NCBI GenBank assembly: GCA_963734535.1
Contig: CAVTHS010000008.1
Span: forward strand, 160,001 to 224,000
Source: an uncultured Chloroflexia bacterium
GTDB lineage: Bacteria; Chloroflexota; Limnocylindria; Limnocylindrales; CSP1-4
Direction of reading: 5' to 3'
DNA length: 64,000 nt
The position numbers were made by a program, and so were the translations under genes. Positions 28,818 through 38,292 of this stretch are shown piece after piece. The number at the start of each line of letters is the position of its first letter. The first letter of the stretch is position 1. Under the pieces are notes generated by a model. The model was not told the DNA's origin. It saw nothing but the letters and a program-made list of their open reading frames with translations, and made no database searches.

Positions 28818-30240
28818 CTATGCGCCGCGCGTCGAGGCGCGCACGCGCCGCCGCCAGGGCCGCGGCCACTCGCCGGGGTGCGGTGCCGCCGATCACGTCG
28901 CTCGACGCGAGCGCCGCGTCGAGCGTCGCGGCAGCGCGCAGCTCTCCGGGCAACGCCGGATCTCCCGCGAGTCCCATGATGCCCGAGTCCCGGCTCTCGG
29001 CGAGCGCTGCCACGATCATCCCGTCGCCGAGCTCGGTCAACGCGAGACCGGCCGCCTCAGCAGCGCCGACGAGACGTCCAACCACGTGGTGCGCTTCGCG
29101 AAACGGGACGCCGCGCCTGACGAGCGCGTCGGCAACCGCCGTCGCGGTGATGAAGCCCTCGGACGCGGCCTGCCGCATCGCCTCCCGGTCGACGGCAAGC
29201 GTCTCGACCATGCCGGCCATGACCCCGAGCGACGCCTCGAACGTGGCACAGGCCTCGAAGAGCGGCGGCTTGTCCTCCTGCAGGTCGCGCTGGTAGGCAA
29301 GGGGCAGGCCCTTGAGCAGGGCCAGGAAGCCGGCCAGCGATCCCACCACCCGGGCGGCCCGCCCGCGCACCAGCTCCGCCGGGTCGGGGTTCCGCTTGTT
29401 GGGCATCATCGAGGAGCCCGTCGAGAACGAGTCGGCGGCACGCACGAACCCGAAACGGGGATTCGACCACCAGGCGATCTCCTCGGCCAGGCGCGACAGG
29501 TGGAGCATGCCGAGGGTGACGACGAAGAGCAGCTCGGCCACGAAGTCCCGGTCGGCGACGGCGTCGAGCGAGTTCGCGGTGACGCCGTCGAAGCCGAGTT
29601 CGCGCGCGGTCGACTCCCGGTCGAGCGGGTATCCTGCTCCCGCGAGCGCACCCGACCCGAGTGGCGACACGTTCGCGCGGCGGCGGCAGTCGACCAGCCG
29701 GCCACGGTCTCGCTCGAGCATCTCGACGTAGGCGAGCAGGTGGTGCGCCAGGAGCACCGGCTGGGCCGGCTGGATGTGCGTCATCCCCGGGAGGATCGCG
29801 TCACCCTCTCGCTCCGCCAGAGCGACCAGCGCACGCTCCATCCCCAGGATCGCCGCGTCGAGGTCGTCGATGGTCCGGCGCGTCCAGAGCCGCAGGTCCG
29901 TCGCCACCTGGTCATTGCGGGAGCGCCCCGTGTGGAGCTTGCCGGCCAGCAGCCCGATCCGCGCGCCGAGGGCGGCCTCCAGGTTCATGTGGACGTCCTC
30001 GAGGGCCGGGTCCCAGGGCAGCGCGCCCGACTCCACCTCGATCCGGAGCGCGTCGAGCCCCTCGACCAGCCCGGCGACCTCCTCGTCGTCGAGCAGGCCG
30101 GCGCGCCCGAGGCCCCGAACGTGGGCGACGGAGCCGGCCAGATCGTCGAGCGCGAGCGCCCGATCGACCTCGACGGAGCGCGTGAAGTCGGCGGTCCGCG
30201 CGTCCGTCTCGCCGCTGAATCGCCCGCCCCAGAGCCGCAT
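28818..30240 (-). CDS. argH: Argininosuccinate lyase; the expected stop is 1 nt out of frame
   Basis: LWGGRF, HTGRSRNDQ, PGMTHIQPAQP, GSSMMPNKRNPD, LPLAYQRDLQEDK; homology ends about 28830; TAG at 28820-28818 is out of frame, so the ORF runs to 27085. Confidence 0.9.
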
Positions 30241-30250
30241 GCCGTCTCCC

Positions 30251-31459
30251 CTACCCGAGCGTCGGTGCAGCGAATGGTAGCGATGCGGCGGGATCGTCCT
30301 CGCGGATGCGCGACTCCTCCGCGTGCGGGAAGACGACGAGCGCGAGGATCGCCGCCGCCACCGCCAGGGCCGCCGCCCCGCCGAAGAGCGCCGCGGATCC
30401 CAGGCCCGCGTAGACCTGCCCGCCCACGAGGTTCGCCACGACCGCCGCGACCCCGAACCCGGTGACCTGGTAGAGGCCCTGCCCGGTGGCCTGGAGACGC
30501 GCCGGGAGGAGGACCGCCATCGTCAGGACCGATCCCACCCAGATGCCCGCGAAGGCGAAGCCGCTGACCAGGCGCGTTGCGACGATGAGCATCGGCGAGT
30601 CGACCAGCCCCCAGGCCACGAAGCACGCCGCATACAGCAGGGTGCTGCCGAACATCAGCCCGCGCAGCCCCACCCGCGCAGCAATCGCCGCGGTCAGCAG
30701 CATCGCCGGGATCTCCGCGAAGGCGGAGACCGCCGCGCTGAGCGCGACGTCCGACGGGCTGCCGCCCAGCGCCACGATGCGGAGCGGCAGGAACGTGAAG
30801 CTCGCGATGATCCCGATGTAGACGAGGAGGATGACGGCCAGGACGCCGCGCAGCCGCGGCTGGACCCGGAGCGCCACGGCCATCGAGCCGCCGCGGGTGC
30901 GGCCGGCCGCCTCGTGAGCAAGGTTGGCGCGGGGGACGTCCGGGGTGAGCCGCGCCGCGGCCGCCAGCGCGACCGCGATGAACGCGCACAGGGCGAACGC
31001 CGGTCCGTATCCGGCACGGTCATAGAGGAGGCCCACCGAGCCCGAGGCGGTCGCGAAGCCGAACGACGCCAGGAGGCGGACGCGCGCATAGTCCCGGGTC
31101 CGGTCGCGGACGGCGTTGACGGCGAGCGCGTCACCGAGCGGTCCCCAGCCCGACTCGAGCAGGCTGAACGCCACGAAGCAGGCGGCGACGGCGAGCCCGG
31201 GGACCGGCGCCCCCGCCAGGAGCACGGCGCCCGCCGCTGCGAGGGCGGAGATCGCCAGGGCGTTCCGGCGCCCGAGCACCACGTCTGCGAGATGGCCCCA
31301 TGCCGGCACCGCGATCGTGAACGCGGCAGCCTGGATGGCCGCGATCACCCCGATCTCGGCGGCCGAGAAGCCGCGCACGGCCAGGATGACGGCGGTGAAG
31401 GGAAGGAAGACGCCCTGGGAAGCCCCACTGGCGAGGAAGACGGCACGAATGGCTCGCAT
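30251..31459 (-). CDS. MFS transporter (MFS_1-like)
   Basis: About 12 hydrophobic segments; WGHLAD..GRR, YARVRLLAS.GF, LQATGQG. Confidence 0.88.
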   Translation of the reverse strand: MRAIRAVFLASGASQGVFLPFTAVILAVRGFSAAEIGVIAAIQAAAFTIAVPAWGHLADVVLGRRNALAISALAAAGAVLLAGAPVPGLAVAACFVAFSLLESGWGPLGDALAVNAVRDRTRDYARVRLLASFGFATASGSVGLLYDRAGYGPAFALCAFIAVALAAAARLTPDVPRANLAHEAAGRTRGGSMAVALRVQPRLRGVLAVILLVYIGIIASFTFLPLRIVALGGSPSDVALSAAVSAFAEIPAMLLTAAIAARVGLRGLMFGSTLLYAACFVAWGLVDSPMLIVATRLVSGFAFAGIWVGSVLTMAVLLPARLQATGQGLYQVTGFGVAAVVANLVGGQVYAGLGSAALFGGAAALAVAAAILALVVFPHAEESRIREDDPAASLPFAAPTLG

Positions 31460-31535
31460 GCGCCCGCAATGGTACGGGGAAGCGACAGGTCGCCGGCGGT
31501 GCATCCGGGACCTCCCTGCGCCCGGCGTCGTCCAA

Positions 31536-31613
31536 CGCCCGGCAGCAGCCTGCCGGCGCCCGGCAGCAGCCTGCCGGCGCCCGACAGGAGCCTGCCGGCG
31601 CCCGGCATCAGCC
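31536..31613. repeat. Tandem array of 21-bp palindromic units (about 3.7 copies)
   Basis: CGCCCGGCAGCAGCCTGCCGG at 31536 and 31557, a variant at 31578 and a partial at 31599; each unit holds CCGGCAG-N4-CTGCCGG. Confidence 0.9.
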
Positions 31614-31637
31614 CACGGAGCGTGGCAGACTCCGCCG

Positions 31638-32609
31638 GTGGATCCGAGCGCGCCCTCCCCGCCCGACCTCGCCGTGTGGGCCGAGGGCCTGGGCCGCCGT
31701 TTTGGAGACCGCTGGGCGGTCCGCGACCTCTCCCTCGAGCTTCGGCGCGGCGAGGTCTTCGGCCTGCTCGGGCCGAATGGCGCCGGCAAGACCACGACGA
31801 TCCGGCTCCTGGCGGCGCTCATCGGGCCGTCGGCGGGGCGGGCGCGGGTCGACGGCCTCGACCTCGTCCGCGAGGCGGACGGGGTCCGTTCACGGGTCGG
31901 CGTCCTGACCGAGGCGCCCGGGCTGTACGAGAAGCTCTCGGCGACTCGCAACCTCGACTTCTTCGGGAGGCTCCAGGGGCTGCCGGCCGCGGTCCGCGCG
32001 GAGCGGATCGAACGGCTCCTCCGCCTCTTCGACCTGTGGGATCGTCGCCTCGAGCCGACCGGGACCTTCAGCAAGGGCATGAAGCAGAAGCTCGCGATCG
32101 CGCGCGCCCTGCTCCACGACCCACCCGTCCTGTTCCTGGACGAGCCGACCGCAGCCCTCGACCCGGAGTCGGCCGCGGTCGTGCGCGACGCGATCGCGAC
32201 GCTCCGCGGGCAGGGCCGCACGGTCGTCCTCTGCACCCACGTCCTGCCCGAGGCCGAGCGGCTGTGCGACCGGATCGGCTTCCTGCGGACGACGCTCCTC
32301 CGCGTCGATACGCCGGCACGGCTGCGGACCGCGACCGCGGGCGGCCGGGTCCAGGCGCGGCTCGCCGCTCCCGCCGGCCCGGATCTCCTCGCGGCCGTGG
32401 CCGCGGTTGCGGGTGTCATCGAGGCGAGGGCCACGGCCGACGGGCTCGTCGCCGAGCTGCGCGATCCGGAGGCCGACACGCCTGCGCTCGTTCGCGCCCT
32501 GGTGGCCGCGGGCGCCGCGGTCCTCGAGGTGCGTCGCGAGGCCGCGACCCTCGAGGAGGTCTACTTCGAGGTCATGGGCGCCAGGGCCGACTCGGACGCG
32601 GCTGCCTGA
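31638..32609 (+). CDS. ABC-2 type transporter ATP-binding protein
   Basis: GPNGAGKTT, FSKGMKQK, LDEPT, TLEEVYF. Confidence 0.92.
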   Translation: MDPSAPSPPDLAVWAEGLGRRFGDRWAVRDLSLELRRGEVFGLLGPNGAGKTTTIRLLAALIGPSAGRARVDGLDLVREADGVRSRVGVLTEAPGLYEKLSATRNLDFFGRLQGLPAAVRAERIERLLRLFDLWDRRLEPTGTFSKGMKQKLAIARALLHDPPVLFLDEPTAALDPESAAVVRDAIATLRGQGRTVVLCTHVLPEAERLCDRIGFLRTTLLRVDTPARLRTATAGGRVQARLAAPAGPDLLAAVAAVAGVIEARATADGLVAELRDPEADTPALVRALVAAGAAVLEVRREAATLEEVYFEVMGARADSDAAA

Positions 32610-33397
32610 TGCGGATCGCCTGGGTTGTCGCCGTGCTGCAGCGCGAAGCAGCCGAGCTGCTGCGCAACCGGCTCCTGCTGCTCTCGATCCTCGGCCCGCC
32701 GATCGTCATCGTGATCGGCCCTGTCGTCCTGGGGAAGCTCGTCGCGGGCCGGCCGCTCCCGGCAGGGCTGGCGGGGACGCTGGTCGCGGGACGGCCGGAG
32801 TGGGCTGCGCTGAACTCGGGCGACCTCGCGGCCGCTTACAGCTTCCAGCAGTTCCTGCTCTTCTTCCTGATGCTGCCGGCATTCATCCCGCTCTCGATCG
32901 CGACGTTCTCGATCATCGGCGAGAAGCAGAGCAGGACGCTCGAGGCCGTGCTCGCTACCCCGATCCGGACCGCGGAGCTCCTGGCGGGCAAGGCGATCGC
33001 CGCCGCCGTGCCCGGGATCGCGGGTGGGCTCATCGCGTACCTCGGGTTCGCGGGCCTGGTCCGGGCGCTCTACGGACCGGCGCTCTTCGCGATCGTCAGC
33101 GCGCCCGACTGGCTGGCCGCGACCTTCCTGCTCGGCCCGGCGATCGCGCTGCTTTCGGTGATGCTCGGCGTCCTCGTCAGCTCGCGCGTCAACGACCCAC
33201 GGACGGCCCAGCAGATCGGTGCCGTGATCGTGGTGCCGCTCGTCGCCGTCGTGATCGCCCAGGCCGCGGGTCGCTTCCTCGTCGACGCGACCGGCTACGG
33301 GCTCGCGGCCGTGGGCGTCCTGGTCCTGGCCGCCGTGGGGCTGCGGGCGGGCAGCTGGCTGTTCGCCCGCGAGGCGATCCTCACGCGATGGCGATGA
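32609..33397 (+). CDS. ABC-2 type transporter permease
   Basis: GEKQSRTLEAVLATP...LLAGK motif; multiple TM segments; TGATG overlap. Confidence 0.9.
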   Translation: MRIAWVVAVLQREAAELLRNRLLLLSILGPPIVIVIGPVVLGKLVAGRPLPAGLAGTLVAGRPEWAALNSGDLAAAYSFQQFLLFFLMLPAFIPLSIATFSIIGEKQSRTLEAVLATPIRTAELLAGKAIAAAVPGIAGGLIAYLGFAGLVRALYGPALFAIVSAPDWLAATFLLGPAIALLSVMLGVLVSSRVNDPRTAQQIGAVIVVPLVAVVIAQAAGRFLVDATGYGLAAVGVLVLAAVGLRAGSWLFAREAILTRWR

Positions 33398-34302
33398 ACG
33401 GCGACTCACGGACGACCCGCGCCGGCGCCTCCTACCCGGCACTGCTCGGCGTGCTCGCCCTCGCATGGGGCTCCAGCTACCTCTTCATCAAGATCGGCGT
33501 CGAGACGCTGCCGCCGCTCAGCCTCGTGGCCGGGCGTCTCGTCATCGGCCTCGCCGTCCTCATCGTCGTCGTCGCCGCCACGCGGACCCCGCTGCCGCGC
33601 GATCCCCGGACGCTGGGGCACCTCGCCGTCCTCGGCGCCGTGAACATCGCGATCCCGTTCTGGCTGATCGGCTGGGCCGAGCAGCACATCTCGTCCGGGC
33701 TGACGGGGATCCTCCAGTCCACCTCGCCGTTCTTCACCCTGGTGCTGGCCGCCTCCTTCGTGCACGACGAGCACATCACCCGGGGGCGGCTGGCCGGGAT
33801 CGCGCTCGGCTTCCTCGGCATCCTCGTCCTCTCGGCGGGCAACCTCGCCGACGCGGGGACGGCGGCCGGCGCCCAGCGCCTGCTCGGTGAGCTCGGGGTG
33901 GTGGCCGCCTCCCTTGCCTACGCCATCGGCAACACGTATGCGCGCCGGACGTTGCGGGAGACGCGGCCGCTCGTGCTCGCGACAGGGCAGGTGGGCTGGG
34001 CGCTCGCGATGGTCCTCGCGCTCGCGTTCATGGTCGACGGCGGAGTGACGCTGCCGGGCGTCCCGGAGGCCTGGTTCGCCATCGGCTGGCTCGGCGCCGT
34101 GGGCACCGGCTTCGCCTACCTCGTCTTCTTCCGGCTCCTCACCCGGTGGGGGCCGACCCGCGCCTCGCTCGTTGCGTACCTCCTGCCGGTCGTGGCGGTG
34201 GTCCTGGGCGTCGTCGTGCTGGGCGAGACCGTCGATGCCACCTTCCTCGCAGGCGCGGTGCTCATCGTGGCGGGCATCTGGGTGGTCAACCGGCGCGGCT
34301 GA
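33394..34302 (+). CDS. EamA/DMT family transporter
   Basis: WGSSYLFIK, two EamA repeats, GPTRASLVAYLLP. Confidence 0.92.
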   Translation: MNGDSRTTRAGASYPALLGVLALAWGSSYLFIKIGVETLPPLSLVAGRLVIGLAVLIVVVAATRTPLPRDPRTLGHLAVLGAVNIAIPFWLIGWAEQHISSGLTGILQSTSPFFTLVLAASFVHDEHITRGRLAGIALGFLGILVLSAGNLADAGTAAGAQRLLGELGVVAASLAYAIGNTYARRTLRETRPLVLATGQVGWALAMVLALAFMVDGGVTLPGVPEAWFAIGWLGAVGTGFAYLVFFRLLTRWGPTRASLVAYLLPVVAVVLGVVVLGETVDATFLAGAVLIVAGIWVVNRRG

Positions 34303-34333
34303 ACACCGCCGGCCGGCGCGGCTGAACACCGCC
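34290..34333. repeat. 21-bp direct duplication spanning the EamA stop codon
   Basis: CCGGCGCGGCTGAACACCGCC at 34290-34310 and 34313-34333. Confidence 0.8.
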
Positions 34334-35008
34334 TCACGGCGATGTGCGCCGCGATCGGCGGCCGGCTGCCCGGATCTCTTCCCCGGCGGTGCACCCGGCG
34401 ATGTGATCGTTGACCATCCCGGTCGCCTGCATGAACGCGTAGCAGATGGTCGGGCCGACGAACCGGAACCCCCGGCGCACGAGCTCCCGGCTCATCGAAC
34501 GCGACTCGGCCGTCTCCGCCGGAATCTCGCCGAGGTTCCGCGGGCGCCGGTCGATCGCGACCCCCTTCACGGACCCCCACACCAGGCCGGGAAGCGTCTC
34601 ACCGGACCCAGCGAGCGCCAGGACGACCCGGGCGCTCGCGATCGCGCTCTCCACCTTGCGCCGGTTACGGACGATCCCGGGGTCCGCGAGCAGGCGCGCG
34701 ACGTCCTCCTCCCCGAACGCCGCCACGGTCGATACGTCGAAGCCCGCGAACGCGCGCCGGTAGCCCTCGCGCTTGCGCAGGATCGTCGACCAGGAGAGGC
34801 CGGCCTGGGCGCCCTCCAGCACGAGCATCTCGAAGAGGTGCCGCCCGTCGCGGGACGGGCGTCCCCACTCCGCGTCGTGGTAGGCGCGGTAAAGCGGGTC
34901 GCCGTCGACGCCCCAGGCGCAACGGACGACACCATCCTGGCCCACTGTTACCGTGCGGGCCGCCCAGGGGATGGCCCCGGCCGCCGCCGGGGCCCCGGTC
35001 TCCGTCAC
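34334..35008 (-). CDS. tag: DNA-3-methyladenine glycosylase I
   Basis: RCAW, YHDAEWG, LEGAQAGLSW, IVRNRRK, GFRFVGPT, NDHIAGC; GTGA overlap with the permease. Confidence 0.93.
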   Translation of the reverse strand: MTETGAPAAAGAIPWAARTVTVGQDGVVRCAWGVDGDPLYRAYHDAEWGRPSRDGRHLFEMLVLEGAQAGLSWSTILRKREGYRRAFAGFDVSTVAAFGEEDVARLLADPGIVRNRRKVESAIASARVVLALAGSGETLPGLVWGSVKGVAIDRRPRNLGEIPAETAESRSMSRELVRRGFRFVGPTICYAFMQATGMVNDHIAGCTAGEEIRAAGRRSRRTSP

Positions 35009-36672
35009 GCCACGTCGCGCCGCGCCATGCCCCAGGCCCCGAGCAGGACGCCGCCCGCCGCGATGGCCATGCAGGCAATCACGCCCGGGACGTCCCACTG
35101 GCCCACCATCGGCTGCCCGAGGTGGGCGGTCAGGGCGAGCTGGTGGACCCAATCGGGCAGCCCGAGCGGCGGCGCGATCAGGTCGACAAGGTACGTCGCC
35201 ACCACGATAAGCGCGGCGACCTCGGCCGCGAGCGAGGTCCGCCAGAGCCCACCGATGGCGAAGCCGACCCCCGCGATCGCGGCGGCATAGACGCCCAGCA
35301 CCGCCGAGCCGACCATCGGGTCGCCAGCCGCCACGCCCCCGGACGCCGCGCCGAGTCCGATGCCGGCCGCGAACAGGACCGTCATCACCACGACGGCGAG
35401 GATCGCTGCGATCCCGCCGGCGATCGCCCACCGCGCCCGGGCCATCGGCGTGGTGAGGACCATCTCCAGGCGTCCGTCCGTCTCGTCCGACGCCCACTTG
35501 GAGACGAACGTCGCGGCGGCGAACCCGGCCGCGATGAACAGCAGCGCCGCGTACAGCTGGAGCCAGCCGCCAGTCGACGCGAGGTCGAAGCCGGGAAAGA
35601 TCGCGGCGAGCGTCCGCGAGAGACTCGGGTCCGTGCCGAGCTGGTTCGCCATCGGCCCGACCAGCGACGCGATGAGCGCGCCCATGAGCCCCAGCCCGAT
35701 CCCCCACGAGAGCGCGCGCGGGAGCTGGTCGCCGAAGGCCCGGCTGATCGGCCCGCGCACACCGAGGACCGCAGCCGGCAGGCCGGGCAGCGAGAGGCCG
35801 GCGGTGACCCCGAGGTCACGCCGCACGAAGAGCTCGACCCCGATCGCGAGAAGGACCACGGCGACGATCCCGACGAGCCCGAGCGGCAGCCAGTCGTAGC
35901 GGCCGACGAGGGCGATGTGGTCGGCCGTCCAGCGGAAGGGGCTCACCACCACGATGCCGGCAACGTCCAGGCCGTTGGCGACCCACAGGACCAGCATGGC
36001 GAGGCTGGCGACGCCCGCCGAGCCGGCGCGACCGAGGAGAGGCGCCAGGGCGAACGCGAGCCCGCCGAAGAACAGCGCGAGGAAGCCGCACCAGAGGGCA
36101 AAGCCGACCGACGACAGGAGCGGGATCTGGTCGCCGAGGGCGGCGTCGCCGAAGAGCGTCGAGCTGGCAGTCGTCATGACGGCGAGGATCGCCATCGCGA
36201 GGCCCAGCATCGTGAGGTGCGCGGCCACCTTCTCCAGCGCGATCCGGCGCTTGCCGAATGGTGTCGACGCGACCAGGTCGAGGCTCCCGCGGCGGGCCTC
36301 GCCGGCAAGGGTCGAGGAGAGGGCGAGGATCGACCAGAGCGCGGTGCCCAGGGCGAAGATCGCCCCGTACTTGAACGTCATGTAGCCGCCGAGCGTGCCG
36401 AGGCTCACGGGCTTCCCGAACAGGTTGACCATCGAGGCGGGCATGCTCCCGATGAGCTTGTCGACCTCGAGACGCGATGCCGGCGAGGGGAACACGCTCG
36501 ACACGGCGAGGCCCATGACGAGCGCCATCCCGCCCAGGAGGCCCGCCGCGATGATGAAGGCCAGGCGCGAGTCGCGGATGGTCTTGCCATAGATGCTGCC
36601 CAGCCCGTAGACGCGGCTGAAGGACGTTGCCACGGTCCGCCCGGACGGGGCGGGCCCGACGCCGGCAGTCAT
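35005..36672 (-). CDS. ABC exporter permease with two internal repeats
   Basis: GEARRGSLDL..STP and DETDGRLEMVLTTP repeated motifs; about 12 TM segments; RRDL/RDV ends. Confidence 0.85.
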   Translation of the reverse strand: MTAGVGPAPSGRTVATSFSRVYGLGSIYGKTIRDSRLAFIIAAGLLGGMALVMGLAVSSVFPSPASRLEVDKLIGSMPASMVNLFGKPVSLGTLGGYMTFKYGAIFALGTALWSILALSSTLAGEARRGSLDLVASTPFGKRRIALEKVAAHLTMLGLAMAILAVMTTASSTLFGDAALGDQIPLLSSVGFALWCGFLALFFGGLAFALAPLLGRAGSAGVASLAMLVLWVANGLDVAGIVVVSPFRWTADHIALVGRYDWLPLGLVGIVAVVLLAIGVELFVRRDLGVTAGLSLPGLPAAVLGVRGPISRAFGDQLPRALSWGIGLGLMGALIASLVGPMANQLGTDPSLSRTLAAIFPGFDLASTGGWLQLYAALLFIAAGFAAATFVSKWASDETDGRLEMVLTTPMARARWAIAGGIAAILAVVVMTVLFAAGIGLGAASGGVAAGDPMVGSAVLGVYAAAIAGVGFAIGGLWRTSLAAEVAALIVVATYLVDLIAPPLGLPDWVHQLALTAHLGQPMVGQWDVPGVIACMAIAAGGVLLGAWGMARRDVA

Positions 36673-37574
36673 GGCCTGGTGACCTCCGCGGCCTCGTGGC
36701 CGTACTGGGCCAGGAACGTCTCCTCGAGGGTCGGTTCGCGGCTGACGAAGTCGAGCAGCTCGTAGCGGGCGGCCGCCTGGACGACGGGAGTGATCGCGCC
36801 CGAGACGCGCATCCGAAGCGTGTGATCCGAGACGACGACCTCCGACACGCCCGGCAGGCCCTCGAATGCCTCGGCGGGGACGCGGTCCACGAACCGGAGC
36901 TCCACCTCGTGGTGGGCGAGATCGCGAAGGCCTTCCACGCTGTCGACCTTCACCAATCTGCCGTCACGGATGATCGCGACGCGGTCGCAGGTGCGCTCGA
37001 CCTCGGACAGGATGTGACTGGACAGGAACACCGTCCTGCCCTCTGCCTGCGCCTCGCGGACCAGGGCGTAGAACAACTGCTGGACAAGCGGGTCCAGGCC
37101 AGACGTCGGCTCGTCGAGCACGAGCAGCTCCGGGCGGTGCTGGAGCGCGATGACGAGGCCGATCTTCTGCTTGTTCCCCTTGGAGTACTCCTTGAACTTC
37201 CGCGACGGATCGACGTCGAAGCGCTCGATCAGCGCCGCCCGATAGGCCCGGTCCACGCCGCCACGGAGGTTGCCGAAGTACTCGATCGTCTGGCCGCCGG
37301 TCAGGCGGTCGTAGAGCGTGAACTCGCCGGGGATGTAGCCGATCCGCCGGTGGATCGCTACCGGGTCGGCCGACGACTCGATGCCGAAGACGCGGGCGAT
37401 GCCCGAGGTGGGCCGGATCAGGTCGAGGAAGGTCCGGATCGTGGTGGTCTTGCCGGCGCCGTTCGGCCCAAGGAAGCCGAAAACCTCGCCCGCCTGGACG
37501 ACGAGGTCCACCTCGATGATCCCGCGGTGGCTCCCATAGCTCTTGGTCAGGCGCTCGATCTCGATGACATTCAT
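36669..37574 (-). CDS. ABC transporter ATP-binding protein
   Basis: GPNGAGKTT, YSKGNKQK, LDEPTSGLD, SSHILSEV. Confidence 0.93.
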   Translation of the reverse strand: MNVIEIERLTKSYGSHRGIIEVDLVVQAGEVFGFLGPNGAGKTTTIRTFLDLIRPTSGIARVFGIESSADPVAIHRRIGYIPGEFTLYDRLTGGQTIEYFGNLRGGVDRAYRAALIERFDVDPSRKFKEYSKGNKQKIGLVIALQHRPELLVLDEPTSGLDPLVQQLFYALVREAQAEGRTVFLSSHILSEVERTCDRVAIIRDGRLVKVDSVEGLRDLAHHEVELRFVDRVPAEAFEGLPGVSEVVVSDHTLRMRVSGAITPVVQAAARYELLDFVSREPTLEETFLAQYGHEAAEVTRP

Positions 37575-38125
37575 GCGGAGGTCCCTTCCCGGGCCGCCCA
37601 CTCGCGGCGCCAGCGGTCGAAGAGCTGCGGAAGCTCGCGTTCGAGGAAGCTGCAGAGGTCGACGAGGGCCGCCAGCGTCGTGTGCGCCACGGTGCCCGGC
37701 GGGACGAGGACGAGGCCGCGCTCCGCGATGCGCCGGAGATCGCCACTCTTGTCGTTCCCGCGCTCCAGGAGGGACTGCCACGCATCGTCCTTCGTGCGGA
37801 AGTAGTCCCGGCGATCGCCTCGCTTCGTGATCCGCTCGGCGAAACCGGTCGAGACCAGGAGCCGGCTGGTCGTGCTGATGGAACCCCGACTCGCGTGGAG
37901 CAGGGTCGCGAGATCCGCCGCGCTCTGCTCTCGCTCCTCGGCGATCATGAGCGCGCCGACGAGGCGGCCCGCCATCCGCGGCCAGCCCAGGTTCTCGAAG
38001 TACCGGCCGACCTCCTCGATGTACGCCTCGCGCCGGGGCTCGTCCTCGCGAGGCGCCCGGCTCTCAACAGCTCGAGGGGGATCACCATCCCAGGTGACCG
38101 CGTCCTGCACCGCGCTCGGGACCAT
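37571..38125 (-). CDS. GbsR/MarR-family transcriptional regulator
   Basis: GWPRMAGRL, SRGSIST, GDRRDYF. Confidence 0.9.
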   Translation of the reverse strand: MVPSAVQDAVTWDGDPPRAVESRAPREDEPRREAYIEEVGRYFENLGWPRMAGRLVGALMIAEEREQSAADLATLLHASRGSISTTSRLLVSTGFAERITKRGDRRDYFRTKDDAWQSLLERGNDKSGDLRRIAERGLVLVPPGTVAHTTLAALVDLCSFLERELPQLFDRWRREWAAREGTSA

Positions 38126-38170
38126 GGATCCCCTCTCCGCTGCCGGTCGGATCCGCGTGTGCGCATGTTC

Positions 38171-38200
38171 CTGACCGTTCAGTACATTCTAACAGTTCAG
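38171..38200 (-). promoter_or_regulatory. Probable GbsR-type operator overlapping the -10 box
   Basis: CTGACCGTTCAG (38171-38182) and CTAACAGTTCAG (38189-38200), two imperfect CTGA-N4-TCAG palindromes 18 bp apart; minus-strand TAGAAT at 38191-38186. Confidence 0.65.
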
Positions 38201-38292
38201 TCGCGTGGCCCCAAATCAGGCGCCGCGGGGACCTGCGATATGGCGCAAGCGGGACGCAACGGGCGGCCGCGCCGGCTGGAGGAGGACCGACG

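Noticed and set aside
27085-30240. 1051-aa ArgH fusion protein in the ORF track
   Set aside because: The extension is an off-frame, low-complexity reading of the small membrane gene and add; it is explained by a stop displaced by 1 nt
31536-31613. Possible CRISPR array
   Set aside because: The repeats are contiguous with no unique spacers, and there are no cas genes in the window
30323-32608. N-terminal ~760 aa of the 1024-aa ORF
   Set aside because: Arg/Gly/Pro-rich off-frame reading of the MFS and ATPase genes; the real permease starts at ATG 32609
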